A DNA stretch of 50,064 bases from Thermoplasmataceae archaeon (GCA_038729325.1 JAVYSG010000001.1:1-50064), one strand, 5' to 3'; counted from the first letter of the stretch, positions 1 through 9,979 are shown. A program made the numbers and translations. The notes: generated from the sequence alone by a model not told the origin.

Positions 1-360
1 GGTTTGTTCGCCCTTTATCTGATGTATATGCTTGTGAGAAGGAAAGACCTCACGGGCAGGCTTTCACTTTATGGAATGCTGGTTGCCGGTGTGCTCATAG
101 AGGTGGTGTATGATTCTGGCTGGGTGACGGATGAGGTGGGTAGGCAACCATGGATCATATACAATGTTATGACCGTGTCCCAGGCCGCAAATACCTCACC
201 TTCAGTAATACCACTGGGCATAGCTATTGTAATATTCTATCTTGTCCTGGTACCATTCACTTTCTATTTTGCGGCAAGGGTGCTGAGACAGGAAAGAATT
301 GAAGAAGAACTTGAAAAAAGCAGGGGGTCAAAATGGTACAGATCATTCATCCCGAAGTAG
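1..360 (+). CDS. cydA: cytochrome bd ubiquinol oxidase subunit I, C-terminal fragment (5' end outside window)
   Basis: The frame is open from the window edge. The sequence ...GRQPWIIYNVMTVSQA... matches the conserved C-terminal region of CydA. A membrane ORF overlaps its end, as in cydAB operons. Confidence 0.75.
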   Translation, partial: GLFALYLMYMLVRRKDLTGRLSLYGMLVAGVLIEVVYDSGWVTDEVGRQPWIIYNVMTVSQAANTSPSVIPLGIAIVIFYLVLVPFTFYFAARVLRQERIEEELEKSRGSKWYRSFIPK

Positions 361-1304
361 GGCTCAATCTTGCAATTTTTGCGATGCTGTTTGCAATCCT
401 GTCCACAGAGCTTATGGCTGCTTCCGCCATTCTGTTCAAATACAGGGAAAGTGAACGCAGGGTGTTCAGATACCTTGTACCAATATGGGAGGTTACTGGA
501 ACATTCTTTGTATTTTACGTGGTGAACCTTGAGGCACTTATCCCATCAGCCCTGCCCCTGATCGCCTATTCCTTTATCAGCTACATCCTGTTATTCCTGA
601 TACTCTATGTCCTGAGGAATGCTTCCATAATATCTGCTGAATACCTGTGGAAAAATCGGAGGATCAACCGGAGGTTTCTTTACAGTCTCTATGCAGTCAT
701 AACATTTGTGCTGGGGGCAATGATTCTGATCATTTACACAGCATTCATCAGCGGTAAAGGCATAGATTACTCCAGAATGACATTCAGCCTGTCTGCCTTC
801 GCCTCGTTTCTTCCTGATGATGGCTTTATCATTGGATCTGCAATCCTGCTTTTTGGACTCGGATCCATTTTCTACGGACTCGATGTGAAGCGTTATCTCC
901 CCCCGCTGGTGGTAATATCTGGAATGGTTATTGCAGGCGTCTCATTTATATATCTGGGGAATCTGGTCAGCCCTTACGATCTCAGTGTGCCTGTCATACT
1001 TACAGTTCTTGTGCCTTTACTGTGGCTCTTCAGGAGAACAAAAGCAGTTGTGCAGAATAAGATCATTTTTCAGGGTTTGATTGCTGTTTCGGTTTTTTTC
1101 CTGGCATATTCGCAGTATCCTTACCTCATGGGAAAGTCCCTGAATATATTGAGTCTGCTCAACAACAATGCAATGCAGACGCAGGTTTTCTACACGACAG
1201 TCATAGGTGGGGCAATACTCCTTCTCCTCACACTGATGTACTTCGATGTGGCCTTCAGAAAGGAGGAACGAAACCCGGCTCAACAGTCAGAATCAGCTGA
1301 CTGA
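333..1304 (+). CDS. cydB: cytochrome bd oxidase subunit II-like membrane protein
   Basis: A 323-aa polytopic hydrophobic ORF overlaps the cydA stop by 28 nt. The call rests mainly on the canonical cydAB context. An alternative ATG lies at 384. Confidence 0.65.
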   Translation: MVQIIHPEVGLNLAIFAMLFAILSTELMAASAILFKYRESERRVFRYLVPIWEVTGTFFVFYVVNLEALIPSALPLIAYSFISYILLFLILYVLRNASIISAEYLWKNRRINRRFLYSLYAVITFVLGAMILIIYTAFISGKGIDYSRMTFSLSAFASFLPDDGFIIGSAILLFGLGSIFYGLDVKRYLPPLVVISGMVIAGVSFIYLGNLVSPYDLSVPVILTVLVPLLWLFRRTKAVVQNKIIFQGLIAVSVFFLAYSQYPYLMGKSLNILSLLNNNAMQTQVFYTTVIGGAILLLLTLMYFDVAFRKEERNPAQQSESAD

Positions 1305-1598
1305 TCAGGGTTCTTCTGCCCTGAGAATAATGTGCCTCGGCTTTCCCTTCAGGATATTCTTGCCCTGCTCCGTTGTTTCCCTGAATGGCCTGCTTCCTAT
1401 GAACTTCCTGAAGGAATCAACACTGTCCCATTCACTGAATATCATGTATTCCCCTGGAGCGGAGACATCCCTGTAAAGCCTGGCGTCCCTTATTCCTGTA
1501 TCATTTTCCATTAGAAACTTTATGACTCCCCTGAACGTTTCCTCAAACTCCTGTTCCCTGCCACTGATCACTGAATAGAAGAAACCCACATTTATCAT
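1305..1598 (-). CDS. antibiotic biosynthesis monooxygenase (ABM/Dabb-fold) domain protein
   Basis: The 97-aa ORF has an ABM-like pattern (...REQEFEETF...YMIFSEWDSVDSFRKF...). Its stop abuts the cydB stop with zero spacer. Confidence 0.55.
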   Translation of the reverse strand: MINVGFFYSVISGREQEFEETFRGVIKFLMENDTGIRDARLYRDVSAPGEYMIFSEWDSVDSFRKFIGSRPFRETTEQGKNILKGKPRHIILRAEEP

Positions 1599-1627
1599 AA
1601 TTTGTAAGCTTCATAAAACATATAGAA

Positions 1628-1909
1628 TTAACTGATCCTTCCCTCCACCTGGCACCTGAGCCCCATATCCACCATTCTTGCTGCCCAGATGTGCGCTCTG
1701 CATACAGTGATCGGCAGATCGTTCACAAACAGTGTGGATGTAACAAATGTCTTCTTTTCATATGCAAGTTTCTCGATGGTTGTGATGGGAAACACCGCAC
1801 TGTCTCTCCTGGATTCGAACACCAGCCTGTCATTGAAAAGAAACAGCCTTCCCTTGATGTCGTTCATGAATGCCAGATCCATCATCACGGGTTCATCGCT
1901 GTTCTGCAA
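1628..1909 (-). CDS. hypothetical small protein, possibly PH/GRAM-like
   Basis: The 93-aa ORF carries a motif GRLFLFNDRLVFES...FPITTIEKL that is reminiscent of bacterial PH/GRAM domains. It overlaps the upstream permease stop by 17 nt. An alternative start lies at 1885. Confidence 0.4.
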   Translation of the reverse strand: MQNSDEPVMMDLAFMNDIKGRLFLFNDRLVFESRRDSAVFPITTIEKLAYEKKTFVTSTLFVNDLPITVCRAHIWAARMVDMGLRCQVEGRIS

Positions 1910-3467
1910 GTTTTTCCTCCTCCACTATATTCACCATCTTTCCTGCCCGTTTCACAAGATCGGGTCTCCTTTTTTTCAGGATAACTGCGTATGATATGGC
2001 GAACAGGAGATATATGGACGCAACTATCACGGCCTCAGTGACCGGGAAAACTGGAGGCCACACGCTTTCATACAGCACGAAAATGAATATTGCTGTTGCA
2101 ATGAGCGGCAGTACATAATGTTCAACCGGGTGGAGGATCTTGTGAAGCTTTCCTCTGTGAACTTCCTTCAGACGCCTGAAAAGTGTTATGACAGATGTGT
2201 TCAGCAGAATATGGGTTATTATGAGTCCAACAAGTGCTATTGTAGTAAGCAGATCAAAGGTGTTTGACAGGGCCCTGGTGACATATGTCCCGGTTGCAGC
2301 TCCTGAGATAAGCTTTATTGGAGATATTCCCATTGAATAGGCGATCAAAAATGCCGCTGCCAGCGACCCAACGCTTGAAAATGTCCCTATGAAGGCCAGT
2401 GCTTTGCTGGGAGTAACCCATCTTCTGCTTATGTATGCAAAGAATCTCGGAATTATTCCATCCCTTGCCATGGCAAAATACACCCTGCCTGCGTTAGACT
2501 GCATTGCAACCGAATCTGAAAATGCCGAATTGAATGCCACCAGTGCAAGCATGAGCCCTCCGGCTATTCCAGTATACAGGGTTGCCACAATTATCCCTGG
2601 AATGTTGCTGGCAGCAAAGGATGTCATGAGGGAGACCCCCCAGCCGACTGTCATGGCATAGGCAACCTCAGTAAGAACTATTCCAACAATGAGCAGACCA
2701 TACACCAGTGATTTGGTTATGTTTCTGCTGCTCTTCACCTCCTCGCCCAGCGGTGCTGAGCCGCCATACCCTATGAAGCTTGTGAGTCCAAAAATCATGC
2801 CAAGTCCCACTCCGGCCGCAGGTCCACCCACTGATGCAAAATTCCCCGAGTAAGAGGGCCATGCACCTGGATTGAACACTGCAAGTGTGTTATCATGGGC
2901 CCTGAAAATAATAATGGCAGAGAGAACGGCGAGGAAAGCCACCTCGAAAAATGCTGCAATTCTCACGTACTTCATCTGTGGCCTGATTCCAAGAATTGCC
3001 AGGCCTATTGGGAGTACTATAAAGAGGAGTATGAATGGTATCCACACCCATGCTGGAAGGCTGATTTTAAAGAAATATTCAAGAACTCCCGGTAGCACTA
3101 CACCTGCCACATATACCGGTATGGCTGCAGTGCTGGCAATCTGATACATTACATAGAGCAAGCCTGAGACTATTGCTGGGCGCGGGCCAAAAGCAGTTGA
3201 TATATATCCATAATAACCGCCGGCACTTGCGTGCCTTCTTGAGAGGTGGTAAAGAGTATTGACCTCAAGAAACATTGTCAGCGTCGCTATAAGAAACGAC
3301 AGTGGAGTGAGAACGAAAGCAAATGCGGCCGCTGAAGTCATGAATGCAACAGTGTCACAGGCTGGAGCCATTGCAGCTATTTCCTCTGCAATCGCGCCCC
3401 ACGTTCCGACTGTTCCCTTTCTCAGCCTGCTCTCTGTCTCAAACCCTGTTTCTGATATACTGGCCAT
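1893..3467 (-). CDS. amino acid permease (APC superfamily)
   Basis: The 524-aa ORF has about 12 hydrophobic segments and the size and Gly-rich helices typical of APC amino acid/polyamine transporters. Confidence 0.75.
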   Translation of the reverse strand: MASISETGFETESRLRKGTVGTWGAIAEEIAAMAPACDTVAFMTSAAAFAFVLTPLSFLIATLTMFLEVNTLYHLSRRHASAGGYYGYISTAFGPRPAIVSGLLYVMYQIASTAAIPVYVAGVVLPGVLEYFFKISLPAWVWIPFILLFIVLPIGLAILGIRPQMKYVRIAAFFEVAFLAVLSAIIIFRAHDNTLAVFNPGAWPSYSGNFASVGGPAAGVGLGMIFGLTSFIGYGGSAPLGEEVKSSRNITKSLVYGLLIVGIVLTEVAYAMTVGWGVSLMTSFAASNIPGIIVATLYTGIAGGLMLALVAFNSAFSDSVAMQSNAGRVYFAMARDGIIPRFFAYISRRWVTPSKALAFIGTFSSVGSLAAAFLIAYSMGISPIKLISGAATGTYVTRALSNTFDLLTTIALVGLIITHILLNTSVITLFRRLKEVHRGKLHKILHPVEHYVLPLIATAIFIFVLYESVWPPVFPVTEAVIVASIYLLFAISYAVILKKRRPDLVKRAGKMVNIVEEEKLAEQR

Positions 3468-3477
3468 TACCGGGCAC

Positions 3478-4467
3478 CTACTGGTCAGAGTGCCTGCTGA
3501 TCTGGCTTATGTCCCTGTCATCAGATTTAGATGCGGGAACCACCGTGTAAAGCTTCGTGGCAATTTTCATTGAACGGATGTACCCGGCTGCTCCGATTAT
3601 CACAACTGCAAATATCACAATGAAGAAGCCAATTCCCAGATTGTCCAGATTGTGCACCTTAATGCCAGTTGATATGCCATAATCCATAAGTTCAGGAAAA
3701 GCGAGAATTGCTGCACCGGCGACAATGAATGCATAGCCGCCATATGTGAGAACGTATCGGCTGATGCTCTGGGCAACATACTGTATTCCCTTCAATGAGA
3801 GCTTCTTTTTTGACTGCATCCATTTTCCAAATCCCATTCCGAAGAGTATCTGCATTGTCATTGTGCCAAGGCCGAACAGCAAGCCCGGGGCAAATCCTAT
3901 CCATGGAGATGGCATGGAGGGCGCAAGTACTGTGTAAATTATGAGTGCAAATGCCCCAAAGCCAAAGCCTGCAATCACACCATGGACGAATGCCAGCTTC
4001 AGTGGCACAGGTTTCATATCATGTATGACCGGATTTGCAGTGTGATGAAGCTCCTCTATGTTCTGTTCCTCCTCATGCTGGTGCAGGTGAAATGCCTTTC
4101 CCAGGTAATTCTCTATGAAGTGGAAGTGCGCATACTTTCCCCTTGATGCTATATAAATGCCCGCAGCGGCCATTGCAACTCCCACGAGGATATAGGTCAG
4201 ACCAAAGGCCATGGCAGTCATAAAAATCCCGGCCAGTGCAAAGTAAGATATCTCTGAAAGCAGCGCACGTTGAATCGTGAATCCTGTTGAAAACATGGCA
4301 CCTGCCTTGAAACCGCCCCTTGTGCTGTAACTTCCAACGGAGTATGAGAATGTGATTGGCCATGTGTGCTCATCTGGAGTTATTCCATGCACTATGCCCA
4401 GCAGATATGAAATGATCAGGGCAGATATGAGGCCGTAATACTCAGGATTCCACAGATTTATGTACAT
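3478..4467 (-). CDS. putative divalent-metal (Ni/Co-type) transporter, NicO/RcnA-like, with His-rich central loop
   Basis: The 329-aa membrane ORF has an HGITPDEHTW motif in the first TM region and a second HG motif in the second half. A central loop HFHFIENYLGKAFHLHQHEEEQNIEELHHTANPVIH contains 8 His. Its start directly abuts the stop of the DtxR-family gene. Confidence 0.5.
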   Translation of the reverse strand: MYINLWNPEYYGLISALIISYLLGIVHGITPDEHTWPITFSYSVGSYSTRGGFKAGAMFSTGFTIQRALLSEISYFALAGIFMTAMAFGLTYILVGVAMAAAGIYIASRGKYAHFHFIENYLGKAFHLHQHEEEQNIEELHHTANPVIHDMKPVPLKLAFVHGVIAGFGFGAFALIIYTVLAPSMPSPWIGFAPGLLFGLGTMTMQILFGMGFGKWMQSKKKLSLKGIQYVAQSISRYVLTYGGYAFIVAGAAILAFPELMDYGISTGIKVHNLDNLGIGFFIVIFAVVIIGAAGYIRSMKIATKLYTVVPASKSDDRDISQISRHSDQ

Positions 4468-4878
4468 TCATACCACCTCAATGTTCTTTCCGTGAGGACA
4501 GGATTTTGGTTTCCCCAGCTGGTTAAATATAGAATCCACCGCACTTTCGTCAATGATGAAATCGAGGTTGCATGAGAGTCTGCAGGCGTCATCCAGATCC
4601 ACACCGTACCTGGTCATCATGGTCTCTATCACACGATGTGATTCAATTATTCTTGCGTATTCTTCCTTTCCTTCGGGTGACAGAATCAGCATTCCATGTT
4701 CCCTCAGAAGCATTCCCTTGGAAACCAGCCTTTTCACAAGATTCAGAGCCGTGGGAGAGGTGATTCCGAGGCGGGTTGCTACCTCAACAAGCCTGAGAGG
4801 AAAATCTGAAGCAGTATTTTCTCCGATCAGGACCAGGCAGTCCCTTTCTTTACGCGTTAATGTTATTATGTTTGACAT
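4468..4878 (-). CDS. DtxR/MntR/IdeR-family metal-dependent transcriptional regulator
   Basis: It has an N-terminal winged HTH (...LVEVATRLGITSPTALNLVKRLVSKGML...) and a DtxR-type dimerisation/metal-binding domain (...ESHRVIETMM...CPHGK). I chose the ATG at 4878. The ORF-track start at 4890 is a TTG inside an upstream palindrome. Confidence 0.8.
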   Translation of the reverse strand: MSNIITLTRKERDCLVLIGENTASDFPLRLVEVATRLGITSPTALNLVKRLVSKGMLLREHGMLILSPEGKEEYARIIESHRVIETMMTRYGVDLDDACRLSCNLDFIIDESAVDSIFNQLGKPKSCPHGKNIEVV

Positions 4879-4880
4879 AT

Positions 4881-4899
4881 AATTAGCCAAATACTAATT
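4881..4899. promoter_or_regulatory. 19-bp palindrome AATTAG-N7-CTAATT, candidate operator of the DtxR-family operon
   Basis: The half-sites are perfect 6-bp inverted repeats at 4881-4886 and 4894-4899. The palindrome lies between a TATA-like element (minus strand, 4901-4910) and the ATG at 4878. Confidence 0.4.
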
Positions 4900-4989
4900 T
4901 CTTTAAAATACTTAAAGATTGTTAAATCATGTATATTCAAAAGCACACTAAAGGGTTTTTTAGAAAGAATACATGATGAATGGATACAC

Positions 4990-5652
4990 ATGGTAAAGTT
5001 ACAATGGCTCGGGCATGCTGCCTGGGTAGTGGATTTCAATAAGACAAGGATGGTAATTGATCCATTCCTTACAGGAAATCCGAAGGCAGCAATGAAGGAA
5101 AGCGATCTGAAGGATATCGATTATATACTCGTGACTCACACACATTCTGATCACCTTGGGGATGCATACGCAATATCAAAGAGAACAGGAGCAAAGATAG
5201 TTGGGATGTTTGAACTGTCGCTGGGTGGTGAAAAGGAGGGACTGGGAGAGGACCATTTCATTGGAATGAACAAGGGTAGCCAGACCCGGTTTGGAGACGT
5301 TTCCATTGGCCTGACTGCTGCTGTACACAGCGGAAATGAATCTGGATTTGTGGTCACGGGAGATGGAAAAACAATATATCATGCTGGCGACACGGCTCTT
5401 TTCGGTGACATGAAGTATATTGGAGAGCTTTACAAACCAGACGTTGCCCTTCTTCCAACCGGCGGATTCTACACAATGGGACCCAGGGAAGCTGCTGTGG
5501 CGGCCGGATTGATAAAGGCAAAATACACAATACCAATGCATTATGGCACATTTCCAGGAATAGATTCCGACCCTGAGGAGTTCCGGAAGCTTGCAGATAA
5601 TGTAACCCAGGTAAAGATACTCAAACCCGGCGATGTGTTCCAGATTCCATGA
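4990..5652 (+). CDS. UPF0173-family metal-dependent hydrolase (metallo-beta-lactamase fold)
   Basis: The N-terminus MVKLQWLGHAAWVV...IDPFLTGNP and the motif THTHSDHLGDA are characteristic of UPF0173 / MBL-fold proteins. Confidence 0.8.
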   Translation: MVKLQWLGHAAWVVDFNKTRMVIDPFLTGNPKAAMKESDLKDIDYILVTHTHSDHLGDAYAISKRTGAKIVGMFELSLGGEKEGLGEDHFIGMNKGSQTRFGDVSIGLTAAVHSGNESGFVVTGDGKTIYHAGDTALFGDMKYIGELYKPDVALLPTGGFYTMGPREAAVAAGLIKAKYTIPMHYGTFPGIDSDPEEFRKLADNVTQVKILKPGDVFQIP

Positions 5653-5862
5653 TCTGGAATTCAATCACCCCACTTTATATTCGCCGGAATGCGGCTCAGT
5701 GTAAAACAAAGCAGTATCAAGTCCCGCCACTTGAATTCCTGCACGGAAAATGGCACAATAATAAGCTGAAACATGTTGCCAGCTTCAGCCCGCTTTAATA
5801 CTTATCTGACGAAAGAAAGGATTCAGCCCACATGTTAAAAATACCTGCGATATTACCGTGAT

Positions 5863-6801
5863 ATGATTGGTGCCATATTGGCTGGCGGTTATGGCAAAAG
5901 GCTCAAACCCATAACAGACGAGATTCCTAAAGCACTTGTTCAGATACGTGAAAACTACACCATAATGGACAGGCAGATTTTTGATTTTGCCAACCTTGGC
6001 ATAAGAGATCTGTATGTCCTTTCAGGGTACCGGGGAGAAAAGATCGAAGAAAGATACGGCTCCGAACACATGGGAATTCAGTTTCATTACATTCGCGAGG
6101 ACAGGCCGCTTGGCACCCTGTTTTCCATGAGGAATCTGTTGAATGAGAGGTCCGATGAGGACATTTTACTGAGAAATGGGGATACTGTTACTGATCTCAA
6201 CTTCAAGAGATTTGTAAATTTCTCGCAGACCTCTGATTATGGTATTGTAATGTTCGTGGCAAGGATGCGAAGCCCATTTGGGATAGTGGATACTCTTGGG
6301 GACCAGATCACAAAATTCAGGGAAAAACCATACCTTGATCACTATATCAATGCTGGCATATATTACATAAAGAAGAAGGCATTCCCGTATTTCTCCAGAG
6401 ATTATATGGACCGGGATGTTGAAACAACAGTTTTTCCAATGCTGGCAAATGATAAACTCGCAGGGGCCTTCACAGAGGAAACATTGTGGCTGGGAATAGA
6501 CAGTGAAAAGGACCTTGACCAGATCAGGAAGGACTACGCAGACCGGGATGATGAACCGTGGGGCTACAGGAAAGACCTGTTTTCAAACGGAAACCTGAAG
6601 CTCAGCGAATATTTTGTCAAGGCGGATGAGAAAGTGACAATTCATGCTCCTGAAGGAGCAATAATAAGGATAATCGACGGCATGGGACTTGCAATCAACG
6701 AAACTTCCAGAAAATTTGTCTCCCAGGATATCATCCCCTTCACCGGTGACATAACTCTGGAACCGAGATCGAATACACGCCTTGAGTTCATCACAATGTG
6801 A
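5863..6801 (+). CDS. sugar-phosphate nucleotidyltransferase with C-terminal beta-rich (cupin-like) extension
   Basis: The N-terminal signature is AILAGGYGKRLKPITDEIPKALV (GXGXRL NTP-transferase motif). The last ~80 aa or so are of unclear fold. Confidence 0.7.
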   Translation: MIGAILAGGYGKRLKPITDEIPKALVQIRENYTIMDRQIFDFANLGIRDLYVLSGYRGEKIEERYGSEHMGIQFHYIREDRPLGTLFSMRNLLNERSDEDILLRNGDTVTDLNFKRFVNFSQTSDYGIVMFVARMRSPFGIVDTLGDQITKFREKPYLDHYINAGIYYIKKKAFPYFSRDYMDRDVETTVFPMLANDKLAGAFTEETLWLGIDSEKDLDQIRKDYADRDDEPWGYRKDLFSNGNLKLSEYFVKADEKVTIHAPEGAIIRIIDGMGLAINETSRKFVSQDIIPFTGDITLEPRSNTRLEFITM

Positions 6802-7148
6802 TTGCTGTTACATTGATCTTTTTCTTACACCGGAACCCCTGTTGCGGGAATGCCAGTTTCTGCCTTGAACTGCCAGTCATCCGTGGAATATGAAAATCCC
6901 CATGATCAGTATTTCCATGCATCAGTGAGAAAATAGGCCCCCTTAACCATCCCGGTCTGGTTTATCTCTGCATGCTGAAGTTCGTGGAGGGATTGAATAC
7001 GAATTTCTTACCTCCAGTTGCAAAATTGAATATATAATTCCAGTAAACATATGGCATATGCTTGCTCTGTAAGAATACGATATTAGTAACCAATTTACAT
7101 ATCAAATAAGAAAACTTAATATGGTTGCAGGAATAAGTGGAAGATCGC

Positions 7149-7508
7149 ATGGCCGTAATGACAAGGGAAATCCTGATCAGTGCTCTTGAAAAGACCTACG
7201 GAAAGAAGGGCATGGCCAGGAAGGATGTGGAAGAACTCTGCGATTTCGTTCTTTCATTTTTCGGCTACGAAGACTATGTACTGGACAACGTTCTTTCTGC
7301 TCCGGAGAGGGACGTATTCTATAACCTCGAAGAATTTGGATTTCTTGAAACTTTCAGGGAGGAAGTGAACATAATGAAAGGTAGATCCTGGAGAGTTAAC
7401 CAGTGGAAATTCAAGAAAGATAATATCTACAGGATCGCGAATTCGCAGGAAGAGGAGAAGCGGGAGGAAAATATCTACGACGAGATATTCAGGGAACTTG
7501 AAAACTGA
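7149..7508 (+). CDS. hypothetical acidic protein
   Basis: The ORF has coding-like composition. I chose the ATG at 7149 (MAVMTRE...). The ORF-track start at 7137 is a GTG. I recognise no family. Confidence 0.45.
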   Translation: MAVMTREILISALEKTYGKKGMARKDVEELCDFVLSFFGYEDYVLDNVLSAPERDVFYNLEEFGFLETFREEVNIMKGRSWRVNQWKFKKDNIYRIANSQEEEKREENIYDEIFRELEN

Positions 7509-7551
7509 TTCCTCTTTTTTATGAAGTCCTGAACAGCGAAATTTTTCTGCA

Positions 7552-8217
7552 ATGCAGTTATTCTGCCGGATGCATGATCTGCCATTTTACCAGTTTCATC
7601 TGTACGACACATATTACCTGATTGATTTTGGCACCTCCATCAGGAAGTTCAGTTCCGCGCCATACAATGGCGGAATCGGTACCTGCAGATATTATGTGAA
7701 CAGGACTGTGCCACATGATTTCTGCGAAGACGTGCTGAGTGAGGGCACTCATTTTCTGGAAACACATGCAGTTGAACCCGCACAGACATGTATGAACCTG
7801 ACCGCCTGTGACGTTCGGAAATTTGCCTTCCGCGAAATAAACAGTGCCCAGTTCCACATCAGCGTATGGGTCACCGCCGGGATAAGCAATGCTCTCAGTA
7901 TTGGAAGCCATGGCTTTTCCTCGCCCGGGACTGTCAACATAGCCATGCTGACAGATGCACCTCTCATGGATTCTGCGGCAATCAACGGAATACAGGATAT
8001 GATAGAGGCAAAAGCCCAGGCATTCAACGATCTGAAAGTTCTTGACCCTGTGACAGGAAAAAGGACACCTGGAACTTCAACAGATACAGTATCGCTCTTC
8101 ATTGCAAATACCGCAGAGGATCTGAATTTTGGTGGTCGCCTGACGGATTTTGGTAAGAACGCATCAGTACTGGTATACGATCTTGTCTCAGAAGCCATCA
8201 GGAAATGCAGCCCATGA
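7552..8217 (+). CDS. cbiZ: adenosylcobinamide amidohydrolase
   Basis: CbiZ-like motifs are present: FSSAPYNGGIG, VTAGISNA, GTVNI and TPGTSTDTV. Confidence 0.7.
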   Translation: MQLFCRMHDLPFYQFHLYDTYYLIDFGTSIRKFSSAPYNGGIGTCRYYVNRTVPHDFCEDVLSEGTHFLETHAVEPAQTCMNLTACDVRKFAFREINSAQFHISVWVTAGISNALSIGSHGFSSPGTVNIAMLTDAPLMDSAAINGIQDMIEAKAQAFNDLKVLDPVTGKRTPGTSTDTVSLFIANTAEDLNFGGRLTDFGKNASVLVYDLVSEAIRKCSP

Positions 8218-9321
8218 TCAGGGCAAAGTCTGCATTTCACGCGAAAGAGCATTGAACGCAATACAGCGGGACCCGTCAAAGTAGTTGGTGTCCTCAATCC
8301 TGACTCCACCCTTCCCGGTAATGTATATCCCGGGTTCAATGGTGAAAACTGAATTCATGATAAGCCTCTGCTGGTTCCCGCTGACAACATATGGATCCTC
8401 ATGCACTGATATGCCAAGGCCATGCCCCAGCCTGTGTATGAAATACCTCCCATAACCGCCGGATTCTATCACTGACCTGGCTGCTGCATCAAGACTCTCA
8501 TATGTAGATTCATGGCCTGCAGTGTTTCTGGATTCTTCGTTGGCTTTTCTCACGAGTGCGTAAATCCTCTCAAATTCAGCATCAGGTTTCCCCATGAAGA
8601 AGGTTCGTGTTATGTCAGAAGCATATCCCTTGTGGCGCCCTCCGAAATCTATGACAAGCATGTCTCCCGGCTTAACCGGTGTGCTGTCAGGGGTGTGGTG
8701 CGGCATGGCTGAGTTGGCCCCCGCGGAAACTATTGTCTGGAATGCCGGACCCTGGAGCCCGTGTTCCACCATCTTGCTGTCAAGTATTCTTGCTATGTCT
8801 GTTTCCGTTACTCCTGCCGATATCTCCGGAAGGGTATCCACCAGGGCAGCTTCGGATTTCCTTACGGCTTCACTTATTGTCTGGAGTTCATACTGATCCT
8901 TGACCGTTCGCAATGGCACAGTAAAGGCATCCGCAAGGATATCGTCACCTCTTATTGCAGACCTGAGGTTGCCCAGCATAGAGTATGGAAGTGTGCCGCC
9001 AATAGCACACTTACCCACTGGAAGGTATGATCCCAGCAATGCATATGGATTCTGATCATCAGTCCACGCCTCGATTTCATCAACCCATGTGCTCTGCTCA
9101 GCCTGCTCCTTCATCAGGGACGGACATATCAGTGCTGCCCTGTCAGCGGTAATGACAAGAAGAGTGAGCCTCTCCATGGATTCGGTTTCAAATCCTGTGA
9201 AATAGAAAAAATCAGATCCGGGGGGAATGACCATGGACGCGATGCCCTGCTGTTCCATTATTTTCTGTATTTTCGCTATCCGGGAGGCATAAACTGACTT
9301 CTGGAAATACACAGACATCAC
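8218..9321 (-). CDS. pepQ: M24-family Xaa-Pro dipeptidase/aminopeptidase
   Basis: The pita-bread fold metal-ligand motifs are present: VIDFGG...GYASDITRT, HRLGHGLGISVHEDP, FTIEPGIY and GVRIED. Confidence 0.85.
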   Translation of the reverse strand: MMSVYFQKSVYASRIAKIQKIMEQQGIASMVIPPGSDFFYFTGFETESMERLTLLVITADRAALICPSLMKEQAEQSTWVDEIEAWTDDQNPYALLGSYLPVGKCAIGGTLPYSMLGNLRSAIRGDDILADAFTVPLRTVKDQYELQTISEAVRKSEAALVDTLPEISAGVTETDIARILDSKMVEHGLQGPAFQTIVSAGANSAMPHHTPDSTPVKPGDMLVIDFGGRHKGYASDITRTFFMGKPDAEFERIYALVRKANEESRNTAGHESTYESLDAAARSVIESGGYGRYFIHRLGHGLGISVHEDPYVVSGNQQRLIMNSVFTIEPGIYITGKGGVRIEDTNYFDGSRCIAFNALSREMQTLP

Positions 9322-9933
9322 TCAGGCAAAGTAGGAGAGGGAATCCGAATCAAATTTAGAAATGATCCTTATGGATGAACCGGTTCCACCATGCACGGAG
9401 AGTAGTTGCGGATACATCTGCCAGAGGTCCCTGCTGCTCATGACTGTGGCCGGGTGATCATTACCGAATGTGCTTCTTGAAACTTTCTCTGTCATGATTC
9501 TAGCCTCTCTCTCGTCTATGTAGCCCACGGAATGAAGGTATTCGTGAGTCAGTATCATGTATACAAAGGAGTTGAACTCCAGAGGTGAGCTGGCGATCTT
9601 TGCCATCTCATCCACAAGTGCCTCGTTGATCACAATATAATTTCCTCCAACCTGCCAGAAGGCGCCAAGTGTTGGCGGCAACCTGGAAAGTGCGAGTCCC
9701 AGACCTGCCCGTTCCCTGCCTGTGACCTTTCTGACGGATCTCTTAACCACACTGAACACCGCATCATAATCCATCGGTGATTCCAGATTCTCGGCCTGGC
9801 CTGATACATCACGGATTCCGTGATCCCTGAGATATGAATTGCCGGAAATCGGTCCTTGCGGGGTTCTGGATCCCACAGTGTCAGTATTATCTGATAGAAA
9901 TCTGAACATTTTCCATTTCTCCAGCGGAAACAT
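9322..9933 (-). CDS. hypothetical protein with HExxH zincin-like motif
   Basis: The 203-aa ORF contains ILTHEYLHSVGY (HEYLH). Its stop directly abuts the pepQ start, so the two are probably co-transcribed. An alternative start lies at 9909. Confidence 0.45.
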   Translation of the reverse strand: MFPLEKWKMFRFLSDNTDTVGSRTPQGPISGNSYLRDHGIRDVSGQAENLESPMDYDAVFSVVKRSVRKVTGRERAGLGLALSRLPPTLGAFWQVGGNYIVINEALVDEMAKIASSPLEFNSFVYMILTHEYLHSVGYIDEREARIMTEKVSRSTFGNDHPATVMSSRDLWQMYPQLLSVHGGTGSSIRIISKFDSDSLSYFA

Positions 9934-9979
9934 TATGAGCGACTATTTACACATTTTTGCTGTAACTGCTACCGCTGCA

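Noticed and set aside
4973-4979. ATGATGA sequences here and at about 29557 resemble the C box of C/D sRNAs.
   Set aside because: No appropriately spaced CTGA D box or terminal stem could be found. Both sites lie in promoter or 5' regions of protein genes, so they are probably coincidental.
5656-5739. A perfect 9-bp inverted repeat, GGAATTCAA (5656-5664) and TTGAATTCC (5731-5739), lies just after the hydrolase gene.
   Set aside because: The arms are short, are separated by 66 nt and are built around the self-complementary GAATTC. That is not enough to call a structured element without comparative data.
7749-8339. A 196-aa minus-strand ORF lies antisense to cbiZ.
   Set aside because: The CbiZ motifs are clear on the plus strand. 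The antisense product has no recognisable motifs and runs across the cbiZ/pepQ boundary.
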